A stretch of 64,000 bases of DNA, from assembly GCA_947627595.1 (NCBI GenBank), contig CANQWQ010000002.1:137924-201923 (forward strand), read 5' to 3'. The stretch comes from an uncultured Clostridia bacterium (lineage in GTDB: Bacteria > Bacillota > Clostridia > TANB77 > CAG-508). Numbering within the stretch: the stretch's first letter is position 1; each line of letters opens with the position of its first letter. The translations under genes were made by a program, and so were the position numbers. Shown here in pieces: positions 35,738 through 46,568 of this stretch. A model generated the notes under the pieces. That model saw only the letters and a list, made by a program, of their open reading frames with translations, searched no databases and was not told where the DNA came from.

Positions 35738-36739
35738 ATGTTTGGACAAGATATAGGTATCGATTTAGGTACTGCCACAGTAATTGCATATGTCAAAGGA
35801 AAAGGAATTGTCTTAAGAGAACCATCTGTAGTTGCTGTAAATAATTTAACTGGTGATGTTGTTGCAATTGGCCATGAAGCTAGACGTATGCTCGGAAGAA
35901 CACCAGGAAATATAGTCGCTACTAGACCTTTAAGAGATGGAGTTATTTCAGATTATACAGTTACGGAAAAAATGCTGAAATACTTTATAAATAAAGTCGG
36001 CGGAAAGTTTTTATTTTCGCCTAGAATTATGATTTGTATTCCATCTATAGTTACAGAGGTTGAAAAAAAGGCTGTAATAGATGCTGCTTCAAATGCAGGT
36101 GCTAGAAAAGTTTATTTGATTGAAGAGCCTATTGCTGCTGCAATCGGTGCTGGAATTGATATTGCAAAACCTTGTGGAAATATGATTGTTGATATTGGTG
36201 GTGGAACTACTGATATTGCTGTAATTTCACTCGGCGGGGCAGTTGTTAGTACATCAATAAAAGTTGCTGGTGATAAATTTGACGAATATATTGTTAAATA
36301 TATTAAGAAAAAACATAATGTTATTATTGGTGAAAGAACAGCAGAAGAGCTGAAAGTCGAAATTGGTTGTGTATATCCTAGAATTCAAGATATGGAAATG
36401 GATGTTAGAGGAAGAGATTTAAGCTCAGGTCTTCCAAAAACAATTACAATTTATTCTAGTGAAATAATGGAGGCTTTAGAAGAGCCAGCAATGATGATTG
36501 TTGATGCTGTTCATTCAGTTTTAGAAAGAACACCACCTGAACTTGCTGCAGATATTAGTGATAAAGGAATTTATATGACAGGTGGAGGATGTTTAATAGA
36601 AGGCTTAGATAAATTATTGCAAGAAAAAATTGGAATAAATGTTATGATTGCAGAAGATGCAATTTCATGTGTCGCAATCGGAACTGGCAAAGCCCTCGAC
36701 AGCTTAGATTCAATGGATAGAGCGAGTAGAGGCAAATAA
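35738..36739 (+). CDS. mreB: Rod shape-determining protein MreB/Mbl
   Basis: Actin-fold motifs DLGTA, DIGGGTTD, full length. Confidence 0.9.
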   Translation: MFGQDIGIDLGTATVIAYVKGKGIVLREPSVVAVNNLTGDVVAIGHEARRMLGRTPGNIVATRPLRDGVISDYTVTEKMLKYFINKVGGKFLFSPRIMICIPSIVTEVEKKAVIDAASNAGARKVYLIEEPIAAAIGAGIDIAKPCGNMIVDIGGGTTDIAVISLGGAVVSTSIKVAGDKFDEYIVKYIKKKHNVIIGERTAEELKVEIGCVYPRIQDMEMDVRGRDLSSGLPKTITIYSSEIMEALEEPAMMIVDAVHSVLERTPPELAADISDKGIYMTGGGCLIEGLDKLLQEKIGINVMIAEDAISCVAIGTGKALDSLDSMDRASRGK

Positions 36740-36832
36740 TAAGCAAGGGTTTGACGAAGTCAAACACTGGCTTATATTTGCGAAAAGCTCTATGAAATAG
36801 AGCGAGTAGAGGAAAGTAGGAGGAAATAAAAA

Positions 36833-39271
36833 ATGAATTATTCAAAAGAAACGGACAAAAAATGGCAAGAAGAATGGATTAAAACAGGTTTAAATAAATA
36901 TGATCCAGAAAGTAAGAAACCAAAATTTTATACAATGGAAATGTTTTCTTACCCTAGTGGAGCAAAACTACATTTAGGACATTGGTTTAACTTTGCACCA
37001 GCAGACTCTTTTGCTAGATTTAAAAAGATGCAAGGATTTAATGTTTTTCACCCAATGGGATTTGATGCTTTTGGACTTCCAGCTGAAAACTATGCAATAA
37101 AAACTGGAATCCACCCAGAAGATTCAACGCTTAAAAATATCGACACAATGAAAAGACAATTAAATGAAATGGGTGGAAGTTATGACTGGAATTATTCAGT
37201 TGAAACTTGTATGCCTAATTACTATAAATGGACACAATGGTTATTTGTTAAACTATATAAAGCAGGTTTAGCTTATAAGAAAGAAGCTCCTGTTAACTGG
37301 TGTGACAGCTGTAAAACTGTTCTTGCTAATGAGCAAGTTATAGATGGCTGTTGCGAAAGATGTGGAACAGAAGTTGTTAAGAAAAAATTAAGCCAATGGT
37401 TCTTTAAAATTACAGATTATGCGCAAGAATTATTAGATGATTTAGATAAATTAGATTGGCCAGAATCTACTAAAAAAGTTCAACAAAACTGGATAGGAAG
37501 ATCAACTGGTAGTGAAATTACATTTAAAACTGAAGACGGAAAACACGATATAACTGTTTTCTCAACTAGAGTTGACACATTATGTGGTGTTACTTGTATG
37601 GTTTTAGCTCCAGAAAGCAAATTAGTTGATGAAATAGTTACACCTGATTGCAAAAAAGCTGTTGAAGAATATAGAGTTCAAACATCTAAATTATCTGAAA
37701 TTGATAGATTATCAACTGAAAGACCAAAAACAGGAACATTTACAGGTGCTTATGCTATAAACCCTATAAATAATGATAAAGTTCCAATTTGGATTGCAGA
37801 TTATGTATTAGAAGATTATGGAACAGGCTTTGTTATGGTTGTTCCAGCTCATGATGAAAGAGATTATGAATTTGCTAAAAAATATAATATTCCAATCAAA
37901 CAAGTTGTAAGACCTAAAGAAGATGACGGAAAAGAAGAATTATTTACAGATGACGGAATTTTAATTAATAGTGGAAAATATGATGGTTTAACTTCTGAAG
38001 AAGCTAGAGACGTTATTACAGCTGATCTAGAAAAAATGGGAGTTGGTAAAAAGACAGTTAACTATAGATTAAAAGATTGGTTAGTTTCTCGTCAAAGATA
38101 TTGGGGAGCTCCAATTCCAGTTATTTATTGTGATGACTGCGGTACTGTTGTTGTTCCTGAAGAAGATTTACCAGTTATGCTTCCATATGATGTTGAATTT
38201 AAACCAGATGGAATTTCACCACTTAAAAAGAGCAAAGAATTTATGAATTGTAAATGTCCTAAATGTGGAAAACCAGCTACTCGTGAGGCTGATACATTAG
38301 ACACTTTCGTATGTTCTTCATGGTATCAATTAAGATATCCAGATGCTAATAATGATAAAGAAATATTTAATAAAGAAACTGTTAATAAAATGAACCCAGT
38401 TGATTGCTATGTTGGCGGAAAAGAGCATGCTGCAATGCACTTAATCTATACAAGATTTATGACAAAAGCTCTTCGTGATATGGGTTATGTTGATTTTGAT
38501 GAACCATTCACAAAATTAATTCACCAAGGTTTAATTTTAGGACCTGATGGAAACAAAATGAGTAAATCTAAAGGAAATACAGTTTCACCTGATGAATATG
38601 TTGATAAATATGGTGCAGACGTATTTAGAATGTATTTAATGTTCGGTTTTGATTATAGAAAAGGCGGACCTTGGGATGACAAAGGAATTGAAGCTATGAC
38701 AAAATATTTTGCTAGAGTTGAAGCTTTAGTTCAAAAAACTATTGACATTAAATGCGATACAACAGAAGTTACATTAAAAGAAGAAGATCTTTTAAGACTT
38801 AAAAATCAAACAATAAAATCAATGGCTAAAAATATTGAAGATTTCCAATTTAATACTGCTATTGCAAGATCAATGGAATTTTTAAATGGAATTAATAATT
38901 ACATAAATGATGAGAAAGTTAATAAAGAAGTTTTAGTAAATTGTGTAGAAACATTACTTAAAGTTTTAGCTCCTCTTGCACCACACTTTATGGAAGAAGA
39001 GTGGAGCTTACTTGGAAAAGAAACATCAATTCACAAAGAAGCTTGGCCAGAGATTAATGAGAAAGAATTACAAGGTGGAAATATAATTATTCCAGTTCAA
39101 GTTAATGGAAAATTAAAAGCACAAGTTGAAGTTTCTTCAAGCCTTTCAAAAGAAGAAATTTTAGAAGCAGTTAAGAAAGATGAAAAAGTTGCTAGATTAC
39201 TTGAAAACAATGAAGTTGTTAAAGAAATTTACGTTCCAGGAAAAATTTTAAATCTTGTAGTTAAAAAATAA
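36833..39271 (+). CDS. leuS: Leucine--tRNA ligase
   Basis: HLGH and KMSKS motifs, 812 aa. Confidence 0.95.
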   Translation: MNYSKETDKKWQEEWIKTGLNKYDPESKKPKFYTMEMFSYPSGAKLHLGHWFNFAPADSFARFKKMQGFNVFHPMGFDAFGLPAENYAIKTGIHPEDSTLKNIDTMKRQLNEMGGSYDWNYSVETCMPNYYKWTQWLFVKLYKAGLAYKKEAPVNWCDSCKTVLANEQVIDGCCERCGTEVVKKKLSQWFFKITDYAQELLDDLDKLDWPESTKKVQQNWIGRSTGSEITFKTEDGKHDITVFSTRVDTLCGVTCMVLAPESKLVDEIVTPDCKKAVEEYRVQTSKLSEIDRLSTERPKTGTFTGAYAINPINNDKVPIWIADYVLEDYGTGFVMVVPAHDERDYEFAKKYNIPIKQVVRPKEDDGKEELFTDDGILINSGKYDGLTSEEARDVITADLEKMGVGKKTVNYRLKDWLVSRQRYWGAPIPVIYCDDCGTVVVPEEDLPVMLPYDVEFKPDGISPLKKSKEFMNCKCPKCGKPATREADTLDTFVCSSWYQLRYPDANNDKEIFNKETVNKMNPVDCYVGGKEHAAMHLIYTRFMTKALRDMGYVDFDEPFTKLIHQGLILGPDGNKMSKSKGNTVSPDEYVDKYGADVFRMYLMFGFDYRKGGPWDDKGIEAMTKYFARVEALVQKTIDIKCDTTEVTLKEEDLLRLKNQTIKSMAKNIEDFQFNTAIARSMEFLNGINNYINDEKVNKEVLVNCVETLLKVLAPLAPHFMEEEWSLLGKETSIHKEAWPEINEKELQGGNIIIPVQVNGKLKAQVEVSSSLSKEEILEAVKKDEKVARLLENNEVVKEIYVPGKILNLVVKK

Positions 39272-39287
39272 AATTACTAGAAAAGAG

Positions 39288-39794
39288 ATGGAAAAGTTGA
39301 GATTACATTTAGTTTTAGTTGAACCAGAGATTCCACAGAATACAGGAAATATTGCTAGAACATGTGCGATTATTGGTGCAAAATTACATTTAGTTCATCC
39401 TTTAGGATTTAAAGTAGATGAAAAAAGTGTTAAAAGATCTGGACTAGATTACTGGGACAAGTTAGAGATTGAAGAACATAAAAATTTTGATGAATTTTTA
39501 GAAAAATATAAACCAGAAGAAAATAATATGTTTTTTGCTACAACAAAGGGAAAACAGATTTATTCTGATATTGATTATAGTAATATGAATGAAGTATTTT
39601 TATTATTTGGAAAAGAAACAAAAGGCTTACCAGAGCCAATTTTATTAAAATATATTGATAAAACAATTAGAATTCCAATGAGAGAAACTTTGCGTTCATT
39701 AAATCTTTCAAATTCTGTTGCAATTGTTGCATATGAAGTTATGAGACAAAAGAATTTTGAGAGATTAGAAGGAATTTCATCATATTTTGATTAA
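39288..39794 (+). CDS. trmL: tRNA (cytidine34/U34 2-prime-O)-methyltransferase TrmL (SpoU family)
   Basis: LVEPEIPQNTGNIARTCA SPOUT motif. Confidence 0.8.
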   Translation: MEKLRLHLVLVEPEIPQNTGNIARTCAIIGAKLHLVHPLGFKVDEKSVKRSGLDYWDKLEIEEHKNFDEFLEKYKPEENNMFFATTKGKQIYSDIDYSNMNEVFLLFGKETKGLPEPILLKYIDKTIRIPMRETLRSLNLSNSVAIVAYEVMRQKNFERLEGISSYFD

Positions 39795-39809
39795 AGTGGA
39801 GGAGTACAT

Positions 39810-40655
39810 ATGAAAGATATTTGGAAAATATTGATTATAATTATAGTAATAGCGTTGATAGGTGGATTAATAGCATTTTTTGTAATTCGTGGTAATGATA
39901 AGTCGGAAAAAGATGATTTAAATACAACATCATCAGCATTAGACTATGTTAAAAATAAAGGAAATTCAAATAATAAAGAAGAAGACGAGGCAAGTAAATT
40001 TATGAAAGAAATTAAAAATATTACATCTGAAGAAGCTTTAGCTAAAGCTGATAATCAGATGAAAGAACCAAATGAAGGAGATCAAATTGCGATTTTCCAC
40101 ATTAAAGGTTATGGAGATATAAAAGTAAAATTTTTTGAAAATGTTGCTCCAAAAGCTGTTGAAAACTTTGTTACACACGCGCAAGAAGGATATTATAATG
40201 GAGTTATTTTCCATAGAGTTATTGAAGAATTTATGATTCAAGGTGGAGATCCACAAGGTACAGGCTATGGCGGAGAAAGTATCTGGGGAGAAGGTTTTGA
40301 AGAAGAACTTTCTGTAGATGCACTTCCATATAGAGGAGCACTTTGTATGGCTAGCAGTGGAACAGGAACAAAATCTTTAGGAAGCCAATTCTATATTGTT
40401 CAAGCAAATTATAGAGATGGAATGGATAGTTATTTAGAAGGCTATGGACTTGGAAGCTTTAAAGAAGCTTATAAAAAATATGGTGGTGATTTAGCTGACC
40501 TTGTTGGATATGGCCAATATACAACTTTTGGTCAAGTAATAGAAGGAATGGATATTGTAGACAAAATTGCTAAAGTAGAGACAAATCCTTCAAATGACAA
40601 ACCATTAGAAGATGTCGTAATTGAATCCATCGAGATAACAACATACTCGAAATAA
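39810..40655 (+). CDS. Membrane-anchored cyclophilin-type peptidyl-prolyl isomerase
   Basis: FHRVIEEFMIQGGDP..G.GG cyclophilin core, N-terminal TM. Confidence 0.85.
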   Translation: MKDIWKILIIIIVIALIGGLIAFFVIRGNDKSEKDDLNTTSSALDYVKNKGNSNNKEEDEASKFMKEIKNITSEEALAKADNQMKEPNEGDQIAIFHIKGYGDIKVKFFENVAPKAVENFVTHAQEGYYNGVIFHRVIEEFMIQGGDPQGTGYGGESIWGEGFEEELSVDALPYRGALCMASSGTGTKSLGSQFYIVQANYRDGMDSYLEGYGLGSFKEAYKKYGGDLADLVGYGQYTTFGQVIEGMDIVDKIAKVETNPSNDKPLEDVVIESIEITTYSK

Positions 40656-40707
40656 TAAAATTAGAAAGTTTTATTAAAATTTGTTTTGTTAAATTTAGGA
40701 GGAAATT

Positions 40708-41994
40708 ATGATAGATATTAAATTAATTAGAGAAAATCCAGAAATGGTAAAAGAAAATATAAAAAATAAATTTCAAGATCACAAATTAGTTTTAGTTGAT
40801 GAGGTTATCAAACTAGATAAAGAATCTAGAGAATTAACTGTAATGTGTGATGAATTGAGAAATAAAAGAAACAGCTTAAGTAAAGAAATTGGAAATCTTA
40901 TGGCAAAAGGCGAAAAAGCTGAAGCTGAAAAAATTAAAGAAGAAGTTAAAGAAATAAATGATAAATTAGCTGAAAATGAAGGAAGAGAAGAAGAACTTAA
41001 AGAAGAAATTAAAGCTAGAATGATGAAAATTCCTAACATTATGGACAAATCAGTTCCAATAGGAAAAGATGATAGTGAAAACGTTGAAAATGAAAAATTT
41101 GGTGACCCAGTTGTTCCACCTTATGAAATTCCTTATCATGCAGATATATTAGAATCAATAAATGGCTTAGATAAAGAAAGTGCTGGAAGAACTAGTGGAA
41201 ATGGTTTTTACTATTTAATGGGAAATGCTGCTCGTCTTCATGAAGCTATGCTTGCTTATGCTAGAGATTTTATGATTAATAAAGGATTTACATATTGTAT
41301 TCCACCATTTATGATTCGTAGTGATGTTGTTAATGGTGTTATGAGTTTTGAAGAATTAGAAGCAATGATGTATAAAATCGAAGGTGAAGATCTTTATTTG
41401 ATTGGAACTAGCGAGCACTCAATGATAGGAAAGTTTAAAGGACAAATTGTTAAAGAAGAAGAACTTCCAATTTGTATTACAGGATATTCTCCATGTTTTA
41501 GAAAAGAAGTTGGTTCACATGGATTAGAAGAAAGAGGCTTATATAGAGTTCATCAATTTGAAAAACAAGAGATGATAGTTCTTTGTAAACCAGAAGACCA
41601 AATGGATTGGTATAATAAAATGTGGAGCTATACAGTTGAATTCTTTAGAAGTTTAGATGTTCCAGTTAGAACTTTAGAATGTTGCAGTGGAGATTTAGCA
41701 GACTTAAAAGTTAAATCTTGTGATGTTGAAGCTTGGAGCCCTAGACAACAAAAGTATTTTGAAGTTGGTTCTTGTTCAACATTAGGTGATGCACAAAGTA
41801 GAAGATTATCAATAAGAGCTAAAGGTGATAAAGGAAATTACTTAGTTGCAACTTTAAATAATACAGTTGTTGCTACACCTCGTGGATTAATTGCAGTTCT
41901 AGAAAACAATTATCAAGAAGATGGAAGTGTTAGAATTCCAGAAGTCTTGAGACCATATATGGGTGGAATAGATGTTATAAAACCTAAAAAATAA
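40708..41994 (+). CDS. serS: Serine--tRNA ligase
   Basis: Coiled-coil N arm, class II motifs. Confidence 0.95.
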   Translation: MIDIKLIRENPEMVKENIKNKFQDHKLVLVDEVIKLDKESRELTVMCDELRNKRNSLSKEIGNLMAKGEKAEAEKIKEEVKEINDKLAENEGREEELKEEIKARMMKIPNIMDKSVPIGKDDSENVENEKFGDPVVPPYEIPYHADILESINGLDKESAGRTSGNGFYYLMGNAARLHEAMLAYARDFMINKGFTYCIPPFMIRSDVVNGVMSFEELEAMMYKIEGEDLYLIGTSEHSMIGKFKGQIVKEEELPICITGYSPCFRKEVGSHGLEERGLYRVHQFEKQEMIVLCKPEDQMDWYNKMWSYTVEFFRSLDVPVRTLECCSGDLADLKVKSCDVEAWSPRQQKYFEVGSCSTLGDAQSRRLSIRAKGDKGNYLVATLNNTVVATPRGLIAVLENNYQEDGSVRIPEVLRPYMGGIDVIKPKK

Positions 41995-41995
41995 A

Positions 41996-42028
41996 AATTG
42001 CCCTAATGGGCAATTTTATTTTTTATTA
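41996..42028. terminator. Terminator after serS
   Basis: aattgccctaatgggcaatt hairpin plus T-run. Confidence 0.65.
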
Positions 42029-42404
42029 TAAATAATATTATTGAAATCAAAATTAAAGTAATTCCAATTCTTAAATACCATATAGTGTAAAACGAATGAG
42101 CACCACATATTTCTAAAATTCCTTGTAATAAACTTCCAATAGTTAATGTAAACACTCCAGAATTATAGAGATTAAATGAAATTCTATTATGTTTTAGGTT
42201 TTTAAACAGACTTAAAATAAAATATAGAAAAACGCCTAATACTAAAGGAATAAGAGCTAAATATTTCATATATTTAGAAACTACTCCATAACTTAGTTTT
42301 AAATATATAACACTTGCAATATATAAAAGAATTGTTAAAAATATATATGTTACAAGTGTTTTTTTAATTGTCTTTTTACTAATATCCAAAGTAGACAACA
42401 TCAC
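42003..42404 (-). CDS. Hypothetical 4-TM membrane protein
   Basis: hydrophobic 133 aa ORF. Confidence 0.4.
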   Translation of the reverse strand: MMLSTLDISKKTIKKTLVTYIFLTILLYIASVIYLKLSYGVVSKYMKYLALIPLVLGVFLYFILSLFKNLKHNRISFNLYNSGVFTLTIGSLLQGILEICGAHSFYTIWYLRIGITLILISIILFIIKNKIAH

Positions 42405-43296
42405 TCACCGCCCTTTCTATTCCAGTATCTGAAGGACTGTTAATTACTTTACTATTAAAGCACATTGTGCTTGATCCGCCACCATCTAAATTATAAGCTA
42501 AATTACAATTTTTATTTAACATATATTCAGCAAGTTCATTAACTGTAACACCTCTGCTTGAAGGAGTTCTTCCATCAACACAAACTGCTATATAATGAAG
42601 TGGTTCAACCATTCCAATGGCTGTTCTAGGATTTACAACTATATCTGTGTCTTCAGCATCAGCAGAAGTAGAAATCTTTTTTCCATTATAAACTAGAGTT
42701 GGTCCAAAAGAAAAAGCGTGAATTATAGGATTTCCATTTTTATTAGCTTTTTCAACTTCATTTTTTAAATTACTTTGTCTTTCATAAATTATATCCATTG
42801 AGCCGTCTTCAAAAAATAATAAACAACTATCTTTTCCACTAGGACGAGCAACATCTCTATACATTACTTTGTTTCTTATAACAAATCCATAATCTCTAAA
42901 ACCATAATAATCACCATTTATAGTGAAAATAGCTTTATATCTTTTAGAAATTTTAGAAGGTTCTTCTACAATATGCATTCCAAAAGTATCTGTAGCAAAA
43001 GCTGTTTTTAAATATTTAGAATTAGAAATTTTAATATCTGCAATATGTATATCAGAATCATAAGCTCTTTCTTCTGATATTGAAACAGAAATATTTTCAT
43101 CTTTATATGAATTATCAGTTATTGTTTTTGTAGCACTTTCATATTCATCTTGAAAAAAACTATTTGGATTAACACTTTGAACATTCTTCTTAAGTACTAG
43201 AGCATCAAGCATAACAAAAGTTGAAAATATTGCTAATAATATTGTATAAAAAATTGCAAAAGAATATTTTCTTTTAAATATATTTTTAAGTTTCAT
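42379..43296 (-). CDS. Phosphodiester glycosidase (DUF2233/NAGPA-like) family protein
   Basis: NLDGGGSSTM motif, signal/TM N-terminus; start taken at second ATG behind GGAGGAG RBS. Confidence 0.6.
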   Translation of the reverse strand: MKLKNIFKRKYSFAIFYTILLAIFSTFVMLDALVLKKNVQSVNPNSFFQDEYESATKTITDNSYKDENISVSISEERAYDSDIHIADIKISNSKYLKTAFATDTFGMHIVEEPSKISKRYKAIFTINGDYYGFRDYGFVIRNKVMYRDVARPSGKDSCLLFFEDGSMDIIYERQSNLKNEVEKANKNGNPIIHAFSFGPTLVYNGKKISTSADAEDTDIVVNPRTAIGMVEPLHYIAVCVDGRTPSSRGVTVNELAEYMLNKNCNLAYNLDGGGSSTMCFNSKVINSPSDTGIERAVSDVVYFGY

Positions 43297-43396
43297 TTTC
43301 TCCTCCGTAAACAATCTATTAAATTATAACAAAAAAATAAATAGTATGCAATTTATAATTGAAAATTTTGAAGAAAAAATAAAGATGTCTCAATAT

Positions 43397-43425
43397 ATTG
43401 AAAAATGGCATTTTCTGTGATATAA
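43397..43425 (+). promoter_or_regulatory. AT-rich native-looking sigma-A promoter (TTGAAA-17-TATAAT with TGTG extended -10) driving the GC-rich purA
   Basis: sequence match; composition switches from AT-rich to about 50% GC exactly at the purA start codon. Confidence 0.55.
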
Positions 43426-43460
43426 TGGTTGACGTAAGTTTTTTTCTGGGTGACTTCTAA

Positions 43461-44855
<1,395 letters not shown>

Positions 44856-44978
44856 CTATCAATCAGTCACCAAAAAGTTGTTATCCCACAAAAAACTTAC
44901 AAGAGTCACCAATGAGCTCGAGTAGGATGAAATATTCCTACTTGAGCTCAAATATAAATAAAATAAGAGGAAAATATT

Positions 44979-45560
44979 ATGATTATAAAAGATTCAAAAT
45001 TTGAAATATCTGCTGTTAATCCAAAACAATATCCAAATGGAACAGAACCAGAGATTGTTTTAGTTGGAAAATCTAATGTCGGAAAATCAAGTTTTATAAA
45101 TACAATGATTAATAGAAAAAATTTAGCTAGAACTTCTAATACACCAGGAAAAACTCGTCAAATTAACTTTTACAAAATTAATAATGAGTTTTATTTTGTG
45201 GATTTGCCAGGTTATGGATATAGTCAAATGTCAAAAGAAGAAAAAGTTACATCTGGAAGATTTATAGAAGAATATTTAGTTAAAGGAAACAACATTAGAT
45301 TAATCATTTTATTACTTGATATAAGACACAAACCAACTGAAGATGATAAACTTATGTATAAATTTATCTTAGAGCAAAATTTACCTTTTATGATCATTGC
45401 AAATAAAGCTGATAAAATCGCAGTTACAAAAGTTGATGATGAAATTCAAAAAATCAAAGACAGCTTAGGACTTTCTTTTACAAAAGTAATTCCGTTTTCA
45501 AGCGAAAGAAAAATTTATACTGAAAATGCTTGGAATGAAATTGAAAAATTTCTTTCATAA
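44979..45560 (+). CDS. engB: Ribosome biogenesis GTPase EngB/YsxC
   Basis: G1 GKSNVGKSS, G3 DLPGYG, G4 NKADK. Confidence 0.85.
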   Translation: MIIKDSKFEISAVNPKQYPNGTEPEIVLVGKSNVGKSSFINTMINRKNLARTSNTPGKTRQINFYKINNEFYFVDLPGYGYSQMSKEEKVTSGRFIEEYLVKGNNIRLIILLLDIRHKPTEDDKLMYKFILEQNLPFMIIANKADKIAVTKVDDEIQKIKDSLGLSFTKVIPFSSERKIYTENAWNEIEKFLS

Positions 45561-45599
45561 AATTTAGAAATTTTCATAAACTATTGTTAATAATGTGCG

Positions 45600-45780
45600 C
45601 CTACTTGATTCGTGCAATTTGAGAAATATAATATTCTCTCAGCTCCTCCCACCTTCGAACGAACTATAAAATTTAAAGCAATCAAATTCCTTTAAATTTA
45701 ATAGTCCGTACCTCGGCGGTCCCCACAGCGGTCGCTTGTTCGAATATATATTTCTCAAATTGCATAGAATTATCGCACAA
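45600..45780. other. About 180-nt long imperfect hairpin (17-bp perfect inverted repeat gcaatttgagaaatata flanked by tgtgcg/cgcaca, enclosing a GC-richer centre)
   Basis: inverted repeats at 45620-45636 and 45745-45761, additional partial complementarity outside and inside. Confidence 0.4.
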
Positions 45781-45796
45781 ATAGATAGGAGAGTTT

Positions 45797-45982
45797 ATGA
45801 AAGAAATTTTTGAAAAGAAAGTCCTTGAGGACGAGATTGGAGAAGTGGAGATGGAGCTTTCAAATTCATACGAAAGTCTACAGTTAGTAGAAGATGAAGG
45901 TTTGCTCGACTATTACGCATATATGATAAAAGCTTATGAAGCTAAACATAAACATTTATTGAGAAAATTAAAAGAAATTTAA
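45797..45982 (+). CDS. Hypothetical 61-aa acidic protein
   Basis: short ORF with RBS. Confidence 0.3.
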   Translation: MKEIFEKKVLEDEIGEVEMELSNSYESLQLVEDEGLLDYYAYMIKAYEAKHKHLLRKLKEI

Positions 45983-46049
45983 AAATATGTTGTTTAAAAA
46001 TAATATTAAATGATATAATTTCCTTATGTTAAACAAAAGGAGAAATAAG

Positions 46050-46565
46050 ATGTTAGATTTAGATGTACTAATTGATGAAGAAAAAATTCAAAAAAGACTT
46101 GAAGAGATGGCAAAAGAAATAGATTCTGTATATAATGGACAAAGTATAATTGCGATTTGCGTTCTAAGAGGCGCAATTTATTTTACTGTTGATTTAACTA
46201 AAAAGATGAAAACTCCAATAGAGCTAGATTTTATAAAAGCTTCAAGTTATGTTGGAACTGAGAGTACAGGAAAAATAAAAATGACTTTAGATATAAACGA
46301 AAATATTGAAGGAAGAGATGTCTTAATTATTGAAGACATAATAGATACAGGATATACTTTAAAATATTTAAGAGATTATTTACTTTCAAAAAATCCAAAA
46401 AGCTTGAGAATTGCTGTTTTAGCAGATAAAGAAGAGAGAAGAAAAGTAGAAGTGCCAATTGATTTTACAGGATTTAAAATTCCAAATAAATTTTTAGTTG
46501 GTTATGGTTTTGATTATGATAATTCTTACAGAAATATACCATATATTGGATATATGAAGGAGTAA
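46050..46565 (+). CDS. hpt: Hypoxanthine-guanine phosphoribosyltransferase
   Basis: PRPP motif VLIIEDIIDTGYTL. Confidence 0.85.
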   Translation: MLDLDVLIDEEKIQKRLEEMAKEIDSVYNGQSIIAICVLRGAIYFTVDLTKKMKTPIELDFIKASSYVGTESTGKIKMTLDINENIEGRDVLIIEDIIDTGYTLKYLRDYLLSKNPKSLRIAVLADKEERRKVEVPIDFTGFKIPNKFLVGYGFDYDNSYRNIPYIGYMKE

Positions 46566-46568
46566 ATT

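Noticed and set aside
45690-45760. tRNA or tRNA-like element (GTTCGAAT T-loop-like string)
   Set aside because: No acceptor stem, D-arm or anticodon arm can be drawn, and there is no CCA or discriminator context on either strand.
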